From assembly GCF_024521635.1 (NCBI RefSeq), contig NW_026250403.1, positions 868,001-932,000 of the forward strand: a DNA stretch of 64,000 nt, in the 5' to 3' direction. The translations under genes and the position numbers were made by a program. The notes under the pieces are model-generated. The model had not been told where the DNA came from. It did not search any database and saw only the letters and a program-made list of their open reading frames with translations. Position 1 is the first letter of the stretch; each line of letters opens with the position of its first letter. This DNA comes from Tricharina praecox. Lineage: Eukaryota. This document shows, in pieces, positions 62,058 to 64,000 of the stretch.

Positions 62058-64000
62058 GACGTGTCGGGACGGGGGGATTTGTTCTGCCAGTCATGTGCTT
62101 ACGTCTGGCGTTGCTTCCGACGTTGAGTACGCTCCATACTGTAGCGTCGCCAAACCCAAATCTTCTGCACCCGTCCCCACAATAGACATCTCTGGAAGCC
62201 TCGGTGGAGGTGTAATAGCGTACCGGGTCTGAAAATACACTGTGGTCCCGGACGGACATCGACGAAGTGTTGAGGTCCATGCATTCTGGCGATAATAATC
62301 GATGAAGGCGAATCATGGCAGGCTAACAGTCTTATCCGTGCATCCGTCCAACTTCTTGCCCAACGAGCGGCCTGCAAGCCGACGAGTGTACAGGTTGAGG
62401 GTCGTGAACCAGCGGAAGGTTGGTGGGCGGGTTTTCGACGCTCTGGTAGGTAGGACCTCAGAAATGCCGCCCGGTGGACAGACCATTCTCCAGACTCCGT
62501 TCAATCATCGTTACGCACTTGGTTCGGTAGCACCTCTATTATTGCAGTTAGACACTATACGGTACTGCGTGGAGACGTAAAACTGCAAACAAATTTGAAT
62601 AGATTCGTGAATGCCAAAGGACAGAAGGGCCAACGTACATACCTTCGAACCTCCATGAGAGACCAGCCGAAATCGGTCAATATCTGGCTTGTAACCATGG
62701 TGGATTATCATCCGGTACATAGCAGAATGGACTGGGGGTTTTTCTGGAATGTGTACTTACTATGTGGAGGGAGATACGGCCTCGCGGTTGAAGAATCATC
62801 CGATTAGGTGCCCAACCTCGCGGCCCCCAAGGCAAAAGACTGGCAGCCTAAGGCCGGTGCTCGTATTCAGGTTGGAATGACCCCATCGTGAGTTCCACAG
62901 ATTCAGATTTCAAAATTCGGGGGGGTTGGTTAGCCAGTGCTGATCAGTCCGGGCAAATAGTAATCATCGAAGAGCTACATACAAGTCAACTTCAAACGAC
63001 ACCAACACCACCCACCTGATAGGCGTTCCGCAAGACGGAACCCACAGTGTCTCTCCAACTTTCGACACTTGCCCTGAAACCCCCAGTTATTCAGCCTCTA
63101 ACCCAACCTACAGCAAATCAACGGGAATAGACACCCCCTCGGCAGAAATACCATCGAGGTCCAATAGGTAGGTAGAGCAAAGTTGGGGCAGTGCAGCCTC
63201 CATACACATACGGGGGCGATCCGAAGCGTGGCATCCATACCTACATACATCCTATGTACCTACATACTACATGTAATGTGCGATAACTGCAGGCACTGAA
63301 ATCCCGCCGCTTCCGCATGCAATCTTAAGGTACCTAGACTTGTAGGTATTATACGAACTGAACTGGCCTCGCATGGATATCTGAGGAATATTGTAAACTC
63401 ACAACAGGATTGCGAACTTGAATCCCTCTCCCCCGCCGCCCCTCGAGAACCGAGGGAAAGCTTTCATGAATGATGACGGATCGGGTGTTTTTTTTACTGT
63501 GGTCCCTGCAAGGACCAGCAGGCATTAACCAGAGTAGGAACCGCTAGGACATCGGCGTCTCCCTCGCACTCCCACCGTCCCACGCGCCTAATCATACCAC
63601 ATCGAAACGCGGCCGGGCCGCAACGTTTCCAACCCGCCCCCGTGGAGAGCGGCAACGCCGATTAATTCCTTCCAGATCTGCCATTTCCCCTTCTCCTCTT
63701 CTCGTATCCCAACATACGGGGAAGAGGGGAGGGGTGTTATCTTTCCAGTCCCAGGGGCTCTTTTCTCTAACCCGTGATTGTACATAGATTTGTTTGGGGT
63801 TGGTTGGCTCATGCATACTTGTGCATAAGGCGGATCGCCAGGCGAACCGCTTGTTGACAACTCCACCCCAACCCTCCGCACCGGTACCGCAACCGGATGT
63901 GTCCGCCTAATCTTCAATACACACTGCGTATTTTCTATGAGCGATTGGTATGTACCTGTGTATGTACATAGGCGGGCGGGCTGCCCATTCGAAAAACAAC

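Overview
Eukaryotic, intron-rich DNA from a filamentous ascomycete (GT-AG introns with CTAAC/CTGAC branch sites, fungal housekeeping genes, many microsatellites and poly-G tracts; Pezizomycete-like by impression only). About 14 spliced genes could be reconstructed by hand: a type II membrane protein, a DUF7918-like protein, a Gfo/Idh/MocA oxidoreductase, a large orphan protein, a HAD hydrolase, a gene carrying a retroviral-type protease domain, a divergent siderophore-type MFS transporter, a DUF3445 protein, an aldehyde dehydrogenase, an aldo-keto reductase, a LanC-like protein, GAL7, VPS53 and ERG28. The best candidate for something undescribed is a four-exon gene (25261-27405) in which a Ty3/Gypsy-type retropepsin domain sits inside long Pro/Ser/Lys-rich arms with no other retrotransposon parts, i.e. 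a possible domesticated protease. Non-coding signals include two MITE-like elements (TA-flanked pogo/Tc2-like; 3-bp-TSD Tourist-like), a circularly permuted repeat present twice in inverted orientation, a 21-bp-period motif array, a candidate structured RNA and a tRNA-like relic. Family names are from motif recognition only; no searches were run and splice sites are manual predictions.
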